Below are positions 1-12,238 of a stretch of 64,000 nucleotides of DNA, in pieces. Numbering within the stretch: position 1 is the stretch's first letter; each line of letters opens with the position of its first letter. The stretch is from assembly GCF_024223415.1 (NCBI RefSeq), contig NZ_CP100500.1. One strand, 5' to 3'. Below the pieces are notes generated by a model. It worked only from the letters and a program-made list of their open reading frames with translations, searched no databases and was not told the origin of the DNA. The translations under genes and the position numbers were made by a program. The stretch is from Escherichia coli (GTDB lineage: Bacteria > Pseudomonadota > Gammaproteobacteria > Enterobacterales > Enterobacteriaceae).

Positions 1-503
1 ATCCCGAAACTGTCATGCAAGGCTTTGGCCATCGGCGCAAGGCAGTTAGTGGTGCATGACGCCACGGAAACAATGGTATCGTTGCCATCCAGAGTGTCGT
101 CATTGACGTTATAAACGATAGTTTTCATTTCACCGGCAGGGGCGGAAATCAACACCTTCTTCGCGCCAGCATCGAGATGCGCCTGCGATTTCTCGGCGGA
201 GGTATAAAAGCCAGTACATTCGACAATGATTTCTGCACCTTTCGCTTTCCACGGAATATTTTTAGCCTCTTTTTCGGCGTAAACCGCGATACTTTTCCCA
301 TTAACGATAAGTGAATCTTCCGTAAAATCAACGCTCCAGGGGAACGGTCCGTAGTTTGAATCATGTTTCAGCAGGTAGGCGAGAATTTTTGGAGAAGTGA
401 GATCATTAATAGCGACAACGTCTATGTTGCTTTTGACTTCAAGTAATCGACGCAACACCAGTCGACCGATACGACCAAAACCGTTAATACCAACTTTACT
501 CAT
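1..503 (-). CDS. gapC: glyceraldehyde-3-phosphate dehydrogenase, N-terminal part (gene runs off window start)
   Basis: Reverse-complement from ATG at 503-501 translates [22 protein letters not shown]...SCTTNCLAP, the GAPDH NAD-binding and catalytic-Cys motif; no stop seen in this frame inside the window. Gene is a pseudogene in K-12; status here cannot be judged from the partial copy. Confidence 0.8.
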   Translation of the reverse strand, partial: MSKVGINGFGRIGRLVLRRLLEVKSNIDVVAINDLTSPKILAYLLKHDSNYGPFPWSVDFTEDSLIVNGKSIAVYAEKEAKNIPWKAKGAEIIVECTGFYTSAEKSQAHLDAGAKKVLISAPAGEMKTIVYNVNDDTLDGNDTIVSVASCTTNCLAPMAKALHDSFG

Positions 504-691
504 GGTTTTCTCCTGTCAGGAACGTTCGGATGAAAATTGATCCTTTCCAGGCTTAGACCAGGATGGCGGGATGGGCAATCTCCATTCTTACAGTGAAACG
601 TAACGTACTGAAAACGGGTGAACAATATTTAATGAAATTTTGAGAAAAGCCCGTTATGTTAACGGAAAATTATGTTAAAGCAGGAAATGTT

Positions 692-1222
692 ATGGAAAAT
701 AAATACTCAAGGTTACAAATCAGCATTCACTGGCTGGTCTTTTTGCTGGTTATCGCAGCGTATTGCGCAATGGAGTTTCGGGGTTTCTTCCCACGTAGCG
801 ATCGGCCACTCATCAACATGATTCATGTTTCCTGCGGCATATCAATTCTCGTGCTGATGGTCGTTCGTCTTTTGTTAAGGCTGAAATACCCAACCCCGCC
901 GATTATACCTAAGCCAAAACCGATGATGACGGGACTGGCGCATTTGGGACATTTGGTGATTTATCTCCTGTTTATTGCGCTGCCAGTGATTGGTTTGGTG
1001 ATGATGTATAACCGAGGCAACCCGTGGTTTGCGTTTGGTTTGACGATGCCTTACGCTTCAGAGGCCAATTTCGAACGGGTAGATAGCTTAAAGTCGTGGC
1101 ATGAAACGCTGGCGAATCTGGGATATTTTGTCATCGGTTTGCACGCTGCGGCTGCACTGGCACACCACTATTTCTGGAAGGACAACACACTTCTACGCAT
1201 GATGCCGCGTAAACGTTCCTGA
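692..1222 (+). CDS. cybB: cytochrome b561
   Basis: ORF 656-1222; internal Met at 692 gives a 176-aa membrane protein MENKYSRLQISIHWLVF... matching recalled CybB. Confidence 0.9.
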   Translation: MENKYSRLQISIHWLVFLLVIAAYCAMEFRGFFPRSDRPLINMIHVSCGISILVLMVVRLLLRLKYPTPPIIPKPKPMMTGLAHLGHLVIYLLFIALPVIGLVMMYNRGNPWFAFGLTMPYASEANFERVDSLKSWHETLANLGYFVIGLHAAAALAHHYFWKDNTLLRMMPRKRS

Positions 1223-1232
1223 AGGATATTTA

Positions 1233-1296
1233 AAGAAAACGCCTGTACTAAAACCGACCCGTGGTACAGGCGAAGAATACGGGTCTACATCGGAAG
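1233..1296 (-). ncRNA. rydC: RydC small regulatory RNA
   Basis: Reverse complement of 1233-1296 reads CTTCCGATGTAGACCCGTATTCTTCGCCTGTACCACGGGTCGGTTTTAGTACAGGCGTTTTCTT, matching the 64-nt RydC sequence from memory; lies in the cybB-ydcA intergenic region as in K-12. Confidence 0.8.
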
Positions 1297-1466
1297 CGCC
1301 TATTATATTTATTTGTATGACAAATAAAACCATAATCCTTGCCCATACGTCCATCTGGCTTATTTTTAATCAATTCACCCGATCTTTGATCTCATCAACG
1401 GTATCAAAATAAACCAGCGTATAACGTTCAAATCGAACATAAGATTCGATAAACCATGGAGGTTAT

Positions 1467-1640
1467 ATGAAAAAACTGGCACTTATTTTGTTTATGGGAA
1501 CGCTTGTTTCCTTTTATGCCGATGCCGGGCGCAAACCCTGTTCTGGTTCGAAAGGGGGGATCTCACACTGTACGGCAGGCGGCAAATTTGTCTGTAATGA
1601 TGGTTCTATCAGTGCCTCGAAAAAAACATGCACTAACTGA
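1467..1640 (+). CDS. ydcA: small secreted protein YdcA (57 aa)
   Basis: ATG 1467 after a GGAGG-like RBS; MKKLALILFMGTLVSFYADA signal-peptide-like N-terminus; Cys-rich mature part; stop at 1638-1640. Confidence 0.75.
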   Translation: MKKLALILFMGTLVSFYADAGRKPCSGSKGGISHCTAGGKFVCNDGSISASKKTCTN

Positions 1641-1711
1641 AGTGTAAAAGGGGTGCCATGAGAAAATGAATCTGCTAGTCAGATGCGCGGGGAAAATCCC
1701 CGCGCTTGCCC

Positions 1712-1861
<150 letters not shown>

Positions 1862-1894
1862 AGCCTTTCTCCTTGCCGGATGGCGGGTAAGAGG

Positions 1895-1965
1895 CTAAGA
1901 TCTGAATTGCTATGTTCATTCGTTGGCCTCGGTTGATAGAAATATCGGTCGGGGCCTTCGTCTTT
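1895..1965 (+). ncRNA. sokB: probable SokB antisense RNA (approximate)
   Basis: Inferred from hok/sok architecture: antisense RNA is encoded opposite the hok/mok leader just upstream of hokB. Ends not determined from sequence. Confidence 0.35.
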
Positions 1966-2249
1966 CTGATTCCCGGTTAGCCTGAAAACAGAAAGTCTCA
2001 GGCACCCGCAGGCATCCTATGAGGTTTCCTTAGGGACAAAATAATCACTTCACGAAATTGCGTGCTGTTTTCCAGAATTTTTCGTCATTCGGTTTAGCCA
2101 TTCGTTACTCTCTTCATTCCAATGGCATTAATCTTCTCTGCAATAATTGTTGTAAAAATGTGACGCAAAGAGGCTTTTAGTCGTAAGTAATTACCGTCAA
2201 ATGCCGATGACTTTCTATCAGGAGTAAACCTGGACGAGAGACAACGGTA

Positions 2250-3890
2250 ATGAATACAACTCCCTCACAGCGATTAGGTTTTTTGCATCACATCAGGCTG
2301 GTTCCGTTATTTGCCTGCATTCTTGGCGGTATCTTAGTTCTATTCGCATTAAGTTCTGCTCTGGCTGGCTATTTCCTCTGGCAGGCCGATCGCGATCAGC
2401 GTGATGTTACTGCGGAGATTGAGATTCGGACCGGGTTAGCGAACAGTTCAGATTTTTTGCGTTCAGCCCGGATCAATATGATTCAGGCCGGGGCTGCGAG
2501 TCGTATTGCGGAAATGGAAGCAATGAAGCGAAATATTGCGCAAGCCGAATCGGAGATTAAACAGTCGCAGCAAGGTTATCGTGCTTATCAGAATCGGCCG
2601 GTGAAAACACCTGCTGATGAAGCCCTCGACACTGAATTAAATCAACGCTTCCAGGCTTATATCACGGGTATGCAACCTATGATGAAATATGCCAAAAATG
2701 GCATGTTTGAAGCGATTATCAATCATGAAAGTGAGCAGATCCGAACGCTGGATAATGCTTATACCGATATTTTGAACAAAGCCGTTAAGATACGTAGCAC
2801 CAGAGCTAACCAACTGGCGGAACTGGCCCATCAGCGCACCAGCCTGGGTGGGATGTTTATGATTGGCGCGTTTGTGCTTGCCCTGGTCATGACGCTGATA
2901 ACATTTATGGTGCTACGTCGGATCGTCATTCGTCCACTGCAACATGCCGCACAACGGATTGAAAAAATCGCCAGTGGCGATCTGACGATGAATGATGAAC
3001 CGGCGGGTCGTAATGAAATCGGTCGCTTAAGTCGTCATTTACAGCAAATGCAGCATTCACTGGGGATGACAGTAGGGACTGTTCGACAGGGCGCGGAAGA
3101 GATTTATCGTGGCACCAGCGAAATTTCCGCTGGCAATGCGGACCTTTCATCTCGCACCGAAGAACAAGCGGCGGCTATCGAACAAACTGCCGCCAGCATG
3201 GAGCAACTCACTGCGACGGTGAAACAGAATGCGGATAACGCGCATTATGCCAGCAAACTGGCGCAAGAGGCTTCTATTAAAGCCAGCGATGGCGGGCAGA
3301 CGGTTTCCGGTGTAGTAAAAACGATGGGCGCTATCTCCACGAGTTCGAAGAAGATTTCTGAGATCACCGCCGTCATCAACAGTATTGCTTTCCAGACGAA
3401 TATTCTGGCACTGAATGCTGCCGTTGAAGCCGCGCGAGCGGGTGAGCAAGGGCGTGGATTTGCCGTTGTCGCCAGCGAAGTACGGACACTCGCAAGCCGC
3501 AGCGCTCAGGCGGCGAAAGAGATTGAAGGCTTGATCAGTGAATCAGTCAGGTTAATTGATCTGGGGTCGGATGAGGTGGCAACGGCAGGGAAAACCATGA
3601 GCACTATTGTTGATGCCGTCGCGAGTGTCACACATATCATGCAGGAAATCGCCGCCGCCTCGGATGAGCAAAGTAGGGGCATAACGCAGGTTAGCCAGGC
3701 GATTTCTGAAATGGATAAGGTGACGCAACAGAATGCTTCTCTGGTAGAAGAGGCCTCAGCGGCGGCGGTGTCCCTTGAAGAACAGGCGGCACGATTAACT
3801 GAGGCGGTGGACGTATTCCGTCTGAACAAACATTCTGTGTTGGCAGAACCTCGCGGAGTTGGTAAACCAGTTAGTTTCGCTACGGTGTGA
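2250..3890 (+). CDS. trg: methyl-accepting chemotaxis protein III (ribose/galactose sensor)
   Basis: 546-aa ORF with N-terminal TM, periplasmic domain, second TM, HAMP and the highly conserved MCP signalling domain ([21 protein letters not shown]...). Confidence 0.95.
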   Translation: MNTTPSQRLGFLHHIRLVPLFACILGGILVLFALSSALAGYFLWQADRDQRDVTAEIEIRTGLANSSDFLRSARINMIQAGAASRIAEMEAMKRNIAQAESEIKQSQQGYRAYQNRPVKTPADEALDTELNQRFQAYITGMQPMMKYAKNGMFEAIINHESEQIRTLDNAYTDILNKAVKIRSTRANQLAELAHQRTSLGGMFMIGAFVLALVMTLITFMVLRRIVIRPLQHAAQRIEKIASGDLTMNDEPAGRNEIGRLSRHLQQMQHSLGMTVGTVRQGAEEIYRGTSEISAGNADLSSRTEEQAAAIEQTAASMEQLTATVKQNADNAHYASKLAQEASIKASDGGQTVSGVVKTMGAISTSSKKISEITAVINSIAFQTNILALNAAVEAARAGEQGRGFAVVASEVRTLASRSAQAAKEIEGLISESVRLIDLGSDEVATAGKTMSTIVDAVASVTHIMQEIAAASDEQSRGITQVSQAISEMDKVTQQNASLVEEASAAAVSLEEQAARLTEAVDVFRLNKHSVLAEPRGVGKPVSFATV

Positions 3891-3927
3891 AAATGTTAAA
3901 GGAGGGATCGACAGATCCCTTCACCTT

Positions 3928-4851
3928 TCAGAACGGCATTGATTTTCGAATAGCGTTAATCATCAACTGGCAACCAGAAGAGAACGTCGCATCTACGCGG
4001 GTCAGTATTCCAATCGGTTCGCCTGCACCATGTCCCGGAACAGGCAGGGCCACCAGCGTGGCATGACGCAGGTCGTCTTTTACAGCGCCAGAAGGGACAA
4101 ACCACACGTAATCGTATTCAACCGTAAGTTGACGGGATAGCGAAGCAGACAGCGTTTCGATACAACCCGAAGGAATTTTACATCCCTGGCTCTGCACTAA
4201 TGCATCTGAATGCTGGCGTGGCGCAGTGCCTTCTGGTGATACAACGACCGGCCATTCCAGCACCCGGCTTAGCGTTACGTTCTCCTGAAGTAGCGGGTGA
4301 TTAGGGCGGACAACCAGCTTCAGCGATTCAAGAAACAGCAGTTCGTAATTAAGCCCGGTCATCAGTTCAGGATCTGACATCCGACCAATGCCGATATCGA
4401 TTTCCCCGGTTTTTAAACCCGCCAGAATCATAGGGTTACTCATTGTCGCAACTTGCAAGGTCGTCTCTTTTTGTTGCTGATGAAACTGACCTATAACCGA
4501 AGGTAATATCCCCAGTGCCGCAGTAGGTAGTGCACCAACCCTGACGACATCATTATTAGGACCTTCTTTACGATTAAGCGACTGTCCGGCAGTGTTGATG
4601 GCGTCAAGAACTCTGACTGCATGCGTTAAAAATTGTTCGCCGGGTAAGGTAAGTTGCGCCCCCTGACGACCACGCTCAAACAAGCGAGCGCCCGTCAGTT
4701 GTTCCAGTTCATTCAATGTCTTAGAGAGCGCAGGTTGACTCAAATTAAGGGTTTCAGCCGCGCGCCCCAAAGTTCCTTGTTGTGCGACAGCTACGAATGT
4801 ATGAAGGTGGCGCAAACGGATGCGCTGACTAAACAGACTATTTTTTTCCAT
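3928..4851 (-). CDS. ydcI: LysR-family transcriptional regulator
   Basis: Minus ORF 3928-4992; Met at 4851 gives a 307-aa product with an N-terminal LysR HTH (LRHLHTFVAVAQQGTLGRAAETLNLSQPALSKTL). Confidence 0.85.
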   Translation of the reverse strand: MEKNSLFSQRIRLRHLHTFVAVAQQGTLGRAAETLNLSQPALSKTLNELEQLTGARLFERGRQGAQLTLPGEQFLTHAVRVLDAINTAGQSLNRKEGPNNDVVRVGALPTAALGILPSVIGQFHQQQKETTLQVATMSNPMILAGLKTGEIDIGIGRMSDPELMTGLNYELLFLESLKLVVRPNHPLLQENVTLSRVLEWPVVVSPEGTAPRQHSDALVQSQGCKIPSGCIETLSASLSRQLTVEYDYVWFVPSGAVKDDLRHATLVALPVPGHGAGEPIGILTRVDATFSSGCQLMINAIRKSMPF

Positions 4852-5067
4852 AAGCGATGTTAAAAACGAAGCGGTGTCGCTGACAAGTGAAGTTGTTTGA
4901 TTATGATAACTTGATTGCAAAATATTATTAACAATTAAAGCAATTATGTTACAGCAAAATGGATAATATTGATGTTTTCGCGGCGAGATCACAGTTTGTA
5001 AATTCTTCCCGCCAGAGTGAATGCGGTTACCTACACTCCAGATTACTGACCACTGGAGGCAGACACT

Positions 5068-6411
5068 ATGGCGAACAGCATCACGGCGGATGAGATTCGG
5101 GAACAGTTTTCGCAGGCAATGTCAGCCATGTACCAGCAAGAAGTTCCGCAATATGGCACGCTGCTGGAACTGGTAGCTGATGTGAATCTGGCTGTGCTGG
5201 AAAACAATCCTCAACTGCACGAAAAAATGGTAAATGCAGACGAGCTGGCGCGACTGAATGTTGAACGTCATGGGGCGATTCGCGTTGGGACTGCACAAGA
5301 GCTTGCTACTCTTCGGCGGATGTTTGCCATTATGGGGATGTACCCGGTGAGCTATTACGATCTCTCGCAGGCAGGGGTGCCGGTACATTCGACAGCATTT
5401 CGGCCCATTGATGATGCTTCTCTGGCGCGTAATCCCTTCCGCGTTTTTACCTCCTTACTCCGCCTTGAGCTTATCGAGAACGAAATTTTGCGCCAGAAAG
5501 CGGCGGAGATTCTGCGTCAGCGCGATATCTTCACCCCACGTTGTCGACAACTGTTAGAGGAATATGAGCAGCAGGGCGGTTTTAACGAAACACAGGCACA
5601 GGAGTTTGTGCAGGAAGCCCTGGAAACGTTTCGCTGGCACCAGTCAGCAACGGTAGATGAAGAAACCTATCGCGCCTTGCACAACGAACATCGGTTGATT
5701 GCTGATGTGGTCTGTTTTCCTGGATGCCATATCAACCATCTGACGCCACGTACGCTGGATATTGACCGGGTGCAGTCGATGATGCCTGAATGCGGAATTG
5801 AACCAAAAATTCTGATCGAAGGGCCGCCGCGCCGCGAGGTACCGATTTTACTACGCCAGACCAGCTTTAAAGCACTGGAAGAGACGGTGTTGTTTGCGGG
5901 GCAGAAACAGGGCACGCATACTGCGCGCTTTGGTGAAATTGAGCAGCGTGGCGTGGCATTAACGCCGAAAGGGCGACAACTGTATGATGATCTTCTGCGT
6001 AACGCTGGAACCGGGCAGGATAATCTCACTCACCAAATGCATTTACAGGAAACCTTCCGCACTTTTCCTGACAGTGAGTTTTTAATGCGTCAGCAAGGGC
6101 TGGCATGGTTCCGGTACCGTCTGACGCCTTCAGGTGAGGCGCATCGTCAAGCGATTCATCCCGGAGACGATCCACAGCCCTTAATTGAACGTGGTTGGGT
6201 CGCGGCGCAACCCATTACCTATGAAGATTTCTTGCCCGTTAGCGCGGCGGGGATCTTCCAGTCAAATCTGGGTAATGAAACGCAGGCACGCAGCCACGGT
6301 AATGCCAGTCGCGAAGCATTTGAGCAGGCGTTGGGTTGTCCGGTTTTGGATGAGTTCCAGCTTTATCAGGAAGCGGAAGAACGCAGTAAACGTCGCTGTG
6401 GTTTGCTTTAA
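5068..6411 (+). CDS. ydcJ: DUF1338-family putative metalloenzyme
   Basis: 447-aa ORF with good RBS context, position between ydcI and opgD as in K-12. Confidence 0.85.
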   Translation: MANSITADEIREQFSQAMSAMYQQEVPQYGTLLELVADVNLAVLENNPQLHEKMVNADELARLNVERHGAIRVGTAQELATLRRMFAIMGMYPVSYYDLSQAGVPVHSTAFRPIDDASLARNPFRVFTSLLRLELIENEILRQKAAEILRQRDIFTPRCRQLLEEYEQQGGFNETQAQEFVQEALETFRWHQSATVDEETYRALHNEHRLIADVVCFPGCHINHLTPRTLDIDRVQSMMPECGIEPKILIEGPPRREVPILLRQTSFKALEETVLFAGQKQGTHTARFGEIEQRGVALTPKGRQLYDDLLRNAGTGQDNLTHQMHLQETFRTFPDSEFLMRQQGLAWFRYRLTPSGEAHRQAIHPGDDPQPLIERGWVAAQPITYEDFLPVSAAGIFQSNLGNETQARSHGNASREAFEQALGCPVLDEFQLYQEAEERSKRRCGLL

Positions 6412-6635
6412 ATTCTGACCATCCGCCTTTGCAAAAATTTGCCTGATTTTACAAACGAATCAGGCTCATCCCATCGACATAAAAAAAATGCCGATTTATG
6501 CATATTCTCTCAGTTCAACAATTGGATTATTAATAAATATTGTCTAGAGTGAGCGGTCATAAATAAGCACTTTCTTGCCGCTGAAAACGACCAGCGCGGG
6601 ACCATTCACAACACCAGAAGGACTCACTTTCAGGT

Positions 6636-8291
6636 ATGGATCGTAGACGATTTATTAAAGGTTCAATGGCTATGGCCGCCGTGTGCGGTACCAGCGGCAT
6701 TGCTTCTCTTTTTTCTCAGGCGGCATTCGCGGCAGATTCTGATATTGCCGACGGACAAACCCAGCGTTTTGACTTCTCCATTCTACAGTCAATGGCGCAC
6801 GACTTAGCGCAAACAGCGTGGCGTGGTGCGCCTCGTCCGTTACCTGACACGCTGGCGACAATGACGCCGCAGGCTTATAACAGTATTCAATACGACGCCG
6901 AAAAATCGCTCTGGCATAACGTTGAGAACCGTCAACTGGACGCTCAGTTCTTCCATATGGGAATGGGATTCCGTCGCCGCGTTCGTATGTTTTCTGTAGA
7001 TCCAGCAACACATCTGGCGCGTGAAATTCACTTTCGCCCGGAGTTGTTCAAATACAACGATGCAGGTGTTGATACCAAACAATTAGAAGGGCAAAGCGAT
7101 CTCGGCTTTGCCGGTTTTCGCGTGTTTAAAGCCCCCGAACTGGCGCGACGTGATGTAGTATCATTCCTCGGAGCGAGTTATTTCCGCGCCGTTGATGACA
7201 CATATCAATACGGTTTGTCGGCCCGCGGCCTGGCGATTGACACTTACACCGACAGTAAAGAAGAGTTCCCCGACTTTACCGCCTTCTGGTTTGATACGGT
7301 AAAACCGGGGGCAACTACCTTTACCGTTTATGCGTTGCTCGATAGCGCCAGCATTACTGGTGCCTATAAGTTCACTATCCATTGTGAGAAAAGTCAGGTG
7401 ATTATGGATGTGGAAAATCACCTGTATGCGCGCAAAGACATTAAACAGCTGGGCATTGCGCCGATGACCAGTATGTTCAGCTGCGGTACTAATGAACGTC
7501 GGATGTGCGACACCATTCATCCGCAAATTCATGACTCTGATCGTCTGTCCATGTGGCGGGGCAACGGCGAGTGGATTTGCCGTCCGCTGAATAATCCGCA
7601 AAAATTGCAGTTCAATGCTTACACCGACAACAACCCGAAAGGGTTTGGTTTATTGCAACTGGATCGTGACTTCTCCCATTATCAGGACATTATGGGCTGG
7701 TATAACAAACGCCCAAGTCTGTGGGTGGAACCGCGTAACAAGTGGGGTAAGGGCACCATCGGCCTGATGGAAATCCCAACAACGGGCGAAACGCTGGATA
7801 ACATTGTCTGCTTCTGGCAGCCAGAAAAAGCTGTAAAAGCGGGTGATGAGTTTGCATTCCAGTATCGTCTGTACTGGAGTGCGCAACCGCCTGTTCATTG
7901 CCCATTAGCGCGCGTTATGGCGACGCGTACCGGCATGGGCGGTTTCCCGGAAGGTTGGGCGCCAGGTGAACACTATCCCGAAAAATGGGCGCGTCGTTTT
8001 GCCGTCGATTTCGTTGGTGGTGATCTGAAAGCTGCCGCACCAAAAGGCATTGAGCCGGTGATTACGCTTTCCAGTGGGGAAGCGAAGCAAATCGAAATTC
8101 TCTATATTGAACCCATTGATGGTTATCGTATTCAGTTTGACTGGTATCCGACATCGGACTCCACTGATCCGGTCGATATGCGGATGTATCTGCGTTGTCA
8201 GGGCGACGCTATCAGTGAAACATGGCTGTATCAGTATTTCCCGCCAGCGCCGGATAAACGTCAGTATGTTGACGACCGCGTGATGAGTTAA
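6636..8291 (+). CDS. opgD: osmoregulated periplasmic glucan biosynthesis protein D (Tat-exported)
   Basis: 551-aa ORF; twin-arginine signal [32 protein letters not shown]; OpgG/OpgD-family body. Confidence 0.95.
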   Translation: MDRRRFIKGSMAMAAVCGTSGIASLFSQAAFAADSDIADGQTQRFDFSILQSMAHDLAQTAWRGAPRPLPDTLATMTPQAYNSIQYDAEKSLWHNVENRQLDAQFFHMGMGFRRRVRMFSVDPATHLAREIHFRPELFKYNDAGVDTKQLEGQSDLGFAGFRVFKAPELARRDVVSFLGASYFRAVDDTYQYGLSARGLAIDTYTDSKEEFPDFTAFWFDTVKPGATTFTVYALLDSASITGAYKFTIHCEKSQVIMDVENHLYARKDIKQLGIAPMTSMFSCGTNERRMCDTIHPQIHDSDRLSMWRGNGEWICRPLNNPQKLQFNAYTDNNPKGFGLLQLDRDFSHYQDIMGWYNKRPSLWVEPRNKWGKGTIGLMEIPTTGETLDNIVCFWQPEKAVKAGDEFAFQYRLYWSAQPPVHCPLARVMATRTGMGGFPEGWAPGEHYPEKWARRFAVDFVGGDLKAAAPKGIEPVITLSSGEAKQIEILYIEPIDGYRIQFDWYPTSDSTDPVDMRMYLRCQGDAISETWLYQYFPPAPDKRQYVDDRVMS

Positions 8292-8430
8292 TCGTTTTTT
8301 CTTCGGCACCTTCTTCGGGAGGTGCCGTCTGGTTAAACACGATCCCGCTCGCATTTTTCCCTAAGTTAAATGAGTAATCTGATGGTGTGTATTTCAGATA
8401 CACCTTGTCAGCCACTAACAGGGAGTGCGT

Positions 8431-8655
8431 ATGTTTCCAGAATATCGAGATTTAATATCCCGTCTGAAAAACGAAAATCCTCGCTTTATGTCCTTGTTCG
8501 ATAAACACAATAAACTTGATCATGAAATTGCCAGAAAGGAAGGTTCCGACGGTCGAGGGTACAATGCGGAAGTGGTCCGCATGAAAAAACAAAAGCTACA
8601 GTTAAAAGATGAGATGCTCAAAATCCTGCAGCAGGAGAGCGTCAAAGAGGTGTAA
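8431..8655 (+). CDS. ydcH: DUF465-family small protein
   Basis: 74-aa ORF from ATG 8431 (the track ORF begins at an upstream GTG); K-12 synteny. Confidence 0.8.
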   Translation: MFPEYRDLISRLKNENPRFMSLFDKHNKLDHEIARKEGSDGRGYNAEVVRMKKQKLQLKDEMLKILQQESVKEV

Positions 8656-8665
8656 ACTTTCCTAA

Positions 8666-8688
8666 GCCGCCAGCCAGGCGGCTTTTTT
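8666..8688 (+). terminator. rho-independent terminator after ydcH
   Basis: GCCGCC-AGCCAG-GCGGC stem-loop followed by TTTTTT. Confidence 0.7.
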
Positions 8689-8717
8689 AACAACTGCATG
8701 GATTGACTGGAGATAAG

Positions 8718-9257
8718 ATGACTGAAACGATAAAAGTAAGCGAATCACTTGAATTACATGCTGTTGCAGAAAATCACGTCACTCCTCTTTATCAGTTAAT
8801 CTGTAAAAATAAAACCTGGTTACAGCAGTCGCTAAACTGGCCGCAGTTCGTTCAGAGTGAAGAGGACACGCGAAAAACGGTGCAGGGTAATGTGATGTTG
8901 CATCAACGCGGCTATGCCAAAATGTTCATGATTTTCAAAGAAGATGAACTTATCGGCGTTATCTCGTTTAATCGTATTGAACCACTGAATAAAACCGCTG
9001 AAATAGGCTACTGGCTGGACGAATCTCATCAGGGGCAGGGGATCATTTCTCAGGCGCTGCAGGCATTGATTCATCATTACGCCCAGTCTGGTGAACTTAG
9101 ACGCTTCGTGATCAAATGTCGGGTGGACAATCCGCAAAGCAACCAGGTCGCTTTGCACAATGGTTTTATCCTTGAAGGTTGCCTGAAACAGGCTGAGTTC
9201 CTGAATGATGCCTATGATGATGTGAACTTATACGCGCGTATTATCGATTCACAATAA
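8718..9257 (+). CDS. rimL: ribosomal-protein-L7/L12 serine acetyltransferase (GNAT)
   Basis: ATG 8718 gives 179 aa; GNAT motifs ([17 protein letters not shown]). Confidence 0.9.
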   Translation: MTETIKVSESLELHAVAENHVTPLYQLICKNKTWLQQSLNWPQFVQSEEDTRKTVQGNVMLHQRGYAKMFMIFKEDELIGVISFNRIEPLNKTAEIGYWLDESHQGQGIISQALQALIHHYAQSGELRRFVIKCRVDNPQSNQVALHNGFILEGCLKQAEFLNDAYDDVNLYARIIDSQ

Positions 9258-10229
9258 CCCTGCCAGCGGCGTTCGCGTAATGCGCTCCTCGCCGTTAATG
9301 ACTTTTGGACCACGGACATGAACCGTGTCGCCATCAAAGGCTTCAACGACGGCGTGGTCGGTTAACTCCACATGGTTTTCAATTATCACCGCACCTGTAA
9401 TACGGCTCTTACCTTGTATTACAACGTGTTCGTCGAGCAGAATCGGTCCGCCACGTACCACGGCATTTCCGCCAATCAAGACATGATGTTTTAACACACA
9501 ATTACCTTCCACAATGGCATATTCCGCCACCTGTGAACTGTAATGAATCGTCGGAATGGCATCTTCTTCTATGCCAGCTTTCACCTGCGCGTGACCGTAG
9601 ACTTTAGCGCAATCGCATAGCCAGACGTTGTTCTCTTCATTACCTTCAATACTGGCAAAATCAAAAACTTCGGCGCGATGTTCAATAAAAGCATATCGGA
9701 TGACGGCATCGCCATAAATTTGTGCCTGGTGGACAATACGCGAGGCGCTAACCCTTGCGCGATCATAAATTTGTAGCAGGAGTTGATGGTCAGGCGTTAA
9801 GCCTTGTGCTGCGACGATCATAGAATGTTGATTAATTAAGGCGTGACCAAATATTCTACATTGCCCGCAAACCAGTGAGTCATGAATGGTGACGCTGTCA
9901 CTTATATATGCACCCTGGCTGATTTCACTATTATCGATCCAGACATTATCCGTTGCGTAAACCTCTCCCCACAGTACGCTGGTGCCGGTGATGCGCGTAT
10001 TACCGGAAATCACCGTTCCGCCGAACGCAATAGCATTCTGGTCGTAAATCCAGCAATTTCCTTCCTGTGCTAACACCGTTTCGCGATCGATCCAGCCGCC
10101 AGCGGTTCCTGCTATCACATCGTTAAAATCGCTCATGGCGATAATCTGCCGTAATAACACACTTTTTTTAGTGCCATCATCCTGATAACTAAAGGCTCGC
10201 TGTTCTTCACTTAGACGATATTTGCGCAT
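9249..10229 (-). CDS. ydcK: hexapeptide-repeat (left-handed beta-helix) protein
   Basis: 326-aa minus ORF with repeated hexapeptide pattern; 3' end overlaps rimL stop by 9 bp (convergent). Confidence 0.85.
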   Translation of the reverse strand: MRKYRLSEEQRAFSYQDDGTKKSVLLRQIIAMSDFNDVIAGTAGGWIDRETVLAQEGNCWIYDQNAIAFGGTVISGNTRITGTSVLWGEVYATDNVWIDNSEISQGAYISDSVTIHDSLVCGQCRIFGHALINQHSMIVAAQGLTPDHQLLLQIYDRARVSASRIVHQAQIYGDAVIRYAFIEHRAEVFDFASIEGNEENNVWLCDCAKVYGHAQVKAGIEEDAIPTIHYSSQVAEYAIVEGNCVLKHHVLIGGNAVVRGGPILLDEHVVIQGKSRITGAVIIENHVELTDHAVVEAFDGDTVHVRGPKVINGEERITRTPLAGLL

Positions 10230-10352
10230 AGCGTTTTCCCACAGGTGACTTACTATAACCGTAGCAAATTCTGCGGCTCTGGCTATGCTCGAGAAAATTC
10301 CATAAAATGCATTTCAAATATACTTTATAAATTAAACAAAATGAGTAAGAAG

Positions 10353-11345
10353 ATGCAGAGCGATAAAGTGCTCAATTTGCCGGCAGGCTACTTTGGTATT
10401 GTGTTGGGGACTATAGGGATGGGATTTGCCTGGCGCTATGCCAGCCAGGTTTGGCAGGTCAGCCACTGGTTAGGGGATGGAATGGTGATTCTGGCGATGA
10501 TCATCTGGGGATTATTAGCTAGCGCATTTATTACCCGACTCATACGCTTTCCGCATAGCGTGCTGGCAGAAGTGCGCCATCCAGTGCTGAGCAGTTTTGT
10601 GAGTTTGTTTCCGGCAACGACGATGCTGGTAGCGATTGGTTTTGTTCCGTGGTTTCGCCCACTGGCGGTGTGCCTGTTCAGTTTTGGTGTCGTGGTTCAG
10701 TTGGCTTATGCCGCCTGGCAAACTGCGGGATTATGGCGCGGATCTCACCCTGAAGAAGCTACCACGCCTGGACTGTATCTGCCGACAGTTGCCAACAACT
10801 TTATCAGCGCAATGGCCTGTGGTGCGTTGGGCTACACCGACGCCGGTCTGGTGTTTTTAGGCGCAGGCGTTTTCTCATGGCTAAGCCTTGAACCGGTGAT
10901 CTTGCAGCGTCTGCGCAGTTCGGGAGAATTACCCACGGCACTGCGGACATCACTCGGCATTCAACTCGCTCCTGCGCTGGTGGCCTGTAGTGCCTGGCTG
11001 AGCGTCAACGGCGGCGAGGGTGACACGCTGGCGAAAATGCTTTTCGGTTATGGACTGCTGCAACTGCTGTTTATGCTACGTCTGATGCCATGGTATCTCT
11101 CCCAGCCATTTAATGCTTCATTCTGGAGTTTCTCGTTCGGCGTATCTGCACTGGCAACCACCGGTTTGCATCTGGGGAGTGGCAGCGATAATGGATTTTT
11201 CCATACGCTGGCGGTGCCGCTGTTTATCTTTACCAATTTTATTATTGCAATACTGCTCATCCGTACTTTTGCGCTTCTGATGCAGGGAAAATTGTTAGTC
11301 AGAACCGAGCGCGCCGTTTTAATGAAAGCAGAGGACAAAGAATGA
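10353..11345 (+). CDS. tehA: tellurite resistance / dicarboxylate exporter TehA
   Basis: Met at 10353 gives a 330-aa polytopic membrane protein; overlaps tehB start (ATGA). Confidence 0.9.
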   Translation: MQSDKVLNLPAGYFGIVLGTIGMGFAWRYASQVWQVSHWLGDGMVILAMIIWGLLASAFITRLIRFPHSVLAEVRHPVLSSFVSLFPATTMLVAIGFVPWFRPLAVCLFSFGVVVQLAYAAWQTAGLWRGSHPEEATTPGLYLPTVANNFISAMACGALGYTDAGLVFLGAGVFSWLSLEPVILQRLRSSGELPTALRTSLGIQLAPALVACSAWLSVNGGEGDTLAKMLFGYGLLQLLFMLRLMPWYLSQPFNASFWSFSFGVSALATTGLHLGSGSDNGFFHTLAVPLFIFTNFIIAILLIRTFALLMQGKLLVRTERAVLMKAEDKE

Positions 11346-11935
11346 TTATTCGTGACGAAAACTATTTTACTGATAAATATGAATTAACCCGCACACACTC
11401 TGAAGTACTGGAAGCGGTGAAAGTGGTTAAACCGGGTAAAACGCTGGATCTGGGCTGTGGCAATGGTCGTAACAGTCTTTACCTGGCAGCCAATGGTTAT
11501 GATGTTGACGCATGGGATAAAAATGCCATGAGTATCGCCAACGTCGAGCGCATTAAATCTATTGAAAATCTGGATAATTTACACACTCGGGTCGTTGATC
11601 TGAATAACCTCACATTTGCTGGACAGTACGATTTTATTCTTTCGACTGTGGTGCTGATGTTCCTTGAGGCTAAAACCATCCCAGGGCTGATTGCCAATAT
11701 GCAACGTTGCACGAAACCTGGCGGTTACAACCTGATTGTGGCGGCGATGGATACCGCTGATTATCCATGTACCGTCGGCTTCCCGTTTGCCTTCAAAGAG
11801 GGAGAATTACGTCGATATTACGAAGGCTGGGAGATGGTGAAATACAATGAAGACGTCGGCGAGCTGCACCGCACCGACGCCAACGGTAATCGTATTAAAC
11901 TGCGTTTCGCCACGATGCTGGCACGTAAAAAATGA
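11342..11935 (+). CDS. tehB: tellurite methyltransferase (SAM-dependent)
   Basis: 197-aa ORF with SAM-binding motif [15 protein letters not shown]. Confidence 0.95.
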   Translation: MIIRDENYFTDKYELTRTHSEVLEAVKVVKPGKTLDLGCGNGRNSLYLAANGYDVDAWDKNAMSIANVERIKSIENLDNLHTRVVDLNNLTFAGQYDFILSTVVLMFLEAKTIPGLIANMQRCTKPGGYNLIVAAMDTADYPCTVGFPFAFKEGELRRYYEGWEMVKYNEDVGELHRTDANGNRIKLRFATMLARKK

Positions 11936-12238
11936 TCCGGTAAGAACAAAGCGCGTGAAAATTCCCCACGCTGAGATGGTTTACTGTTCTTCTTTTCGGT
12001 AAGCATATTTTTTATCGAAGGGATGTGAAATTAATCACAGTAGTCGAAGTTTTTTAGCAGCTTAACTTACTGAAATTTAACTACTGATGATTGACTTAGC
12101 CCCTTTTTCGGCATTGACTATGTCGTCTGAAAAGGGGCTAAAAAAATTTATTTCCATCAACACTTTTTTTGCCACAACACGAAGCGGCGCTTTTTGCTAT
12201 AACTTAGAAAGTAATATAATCATCTCAGGAAACTATTC

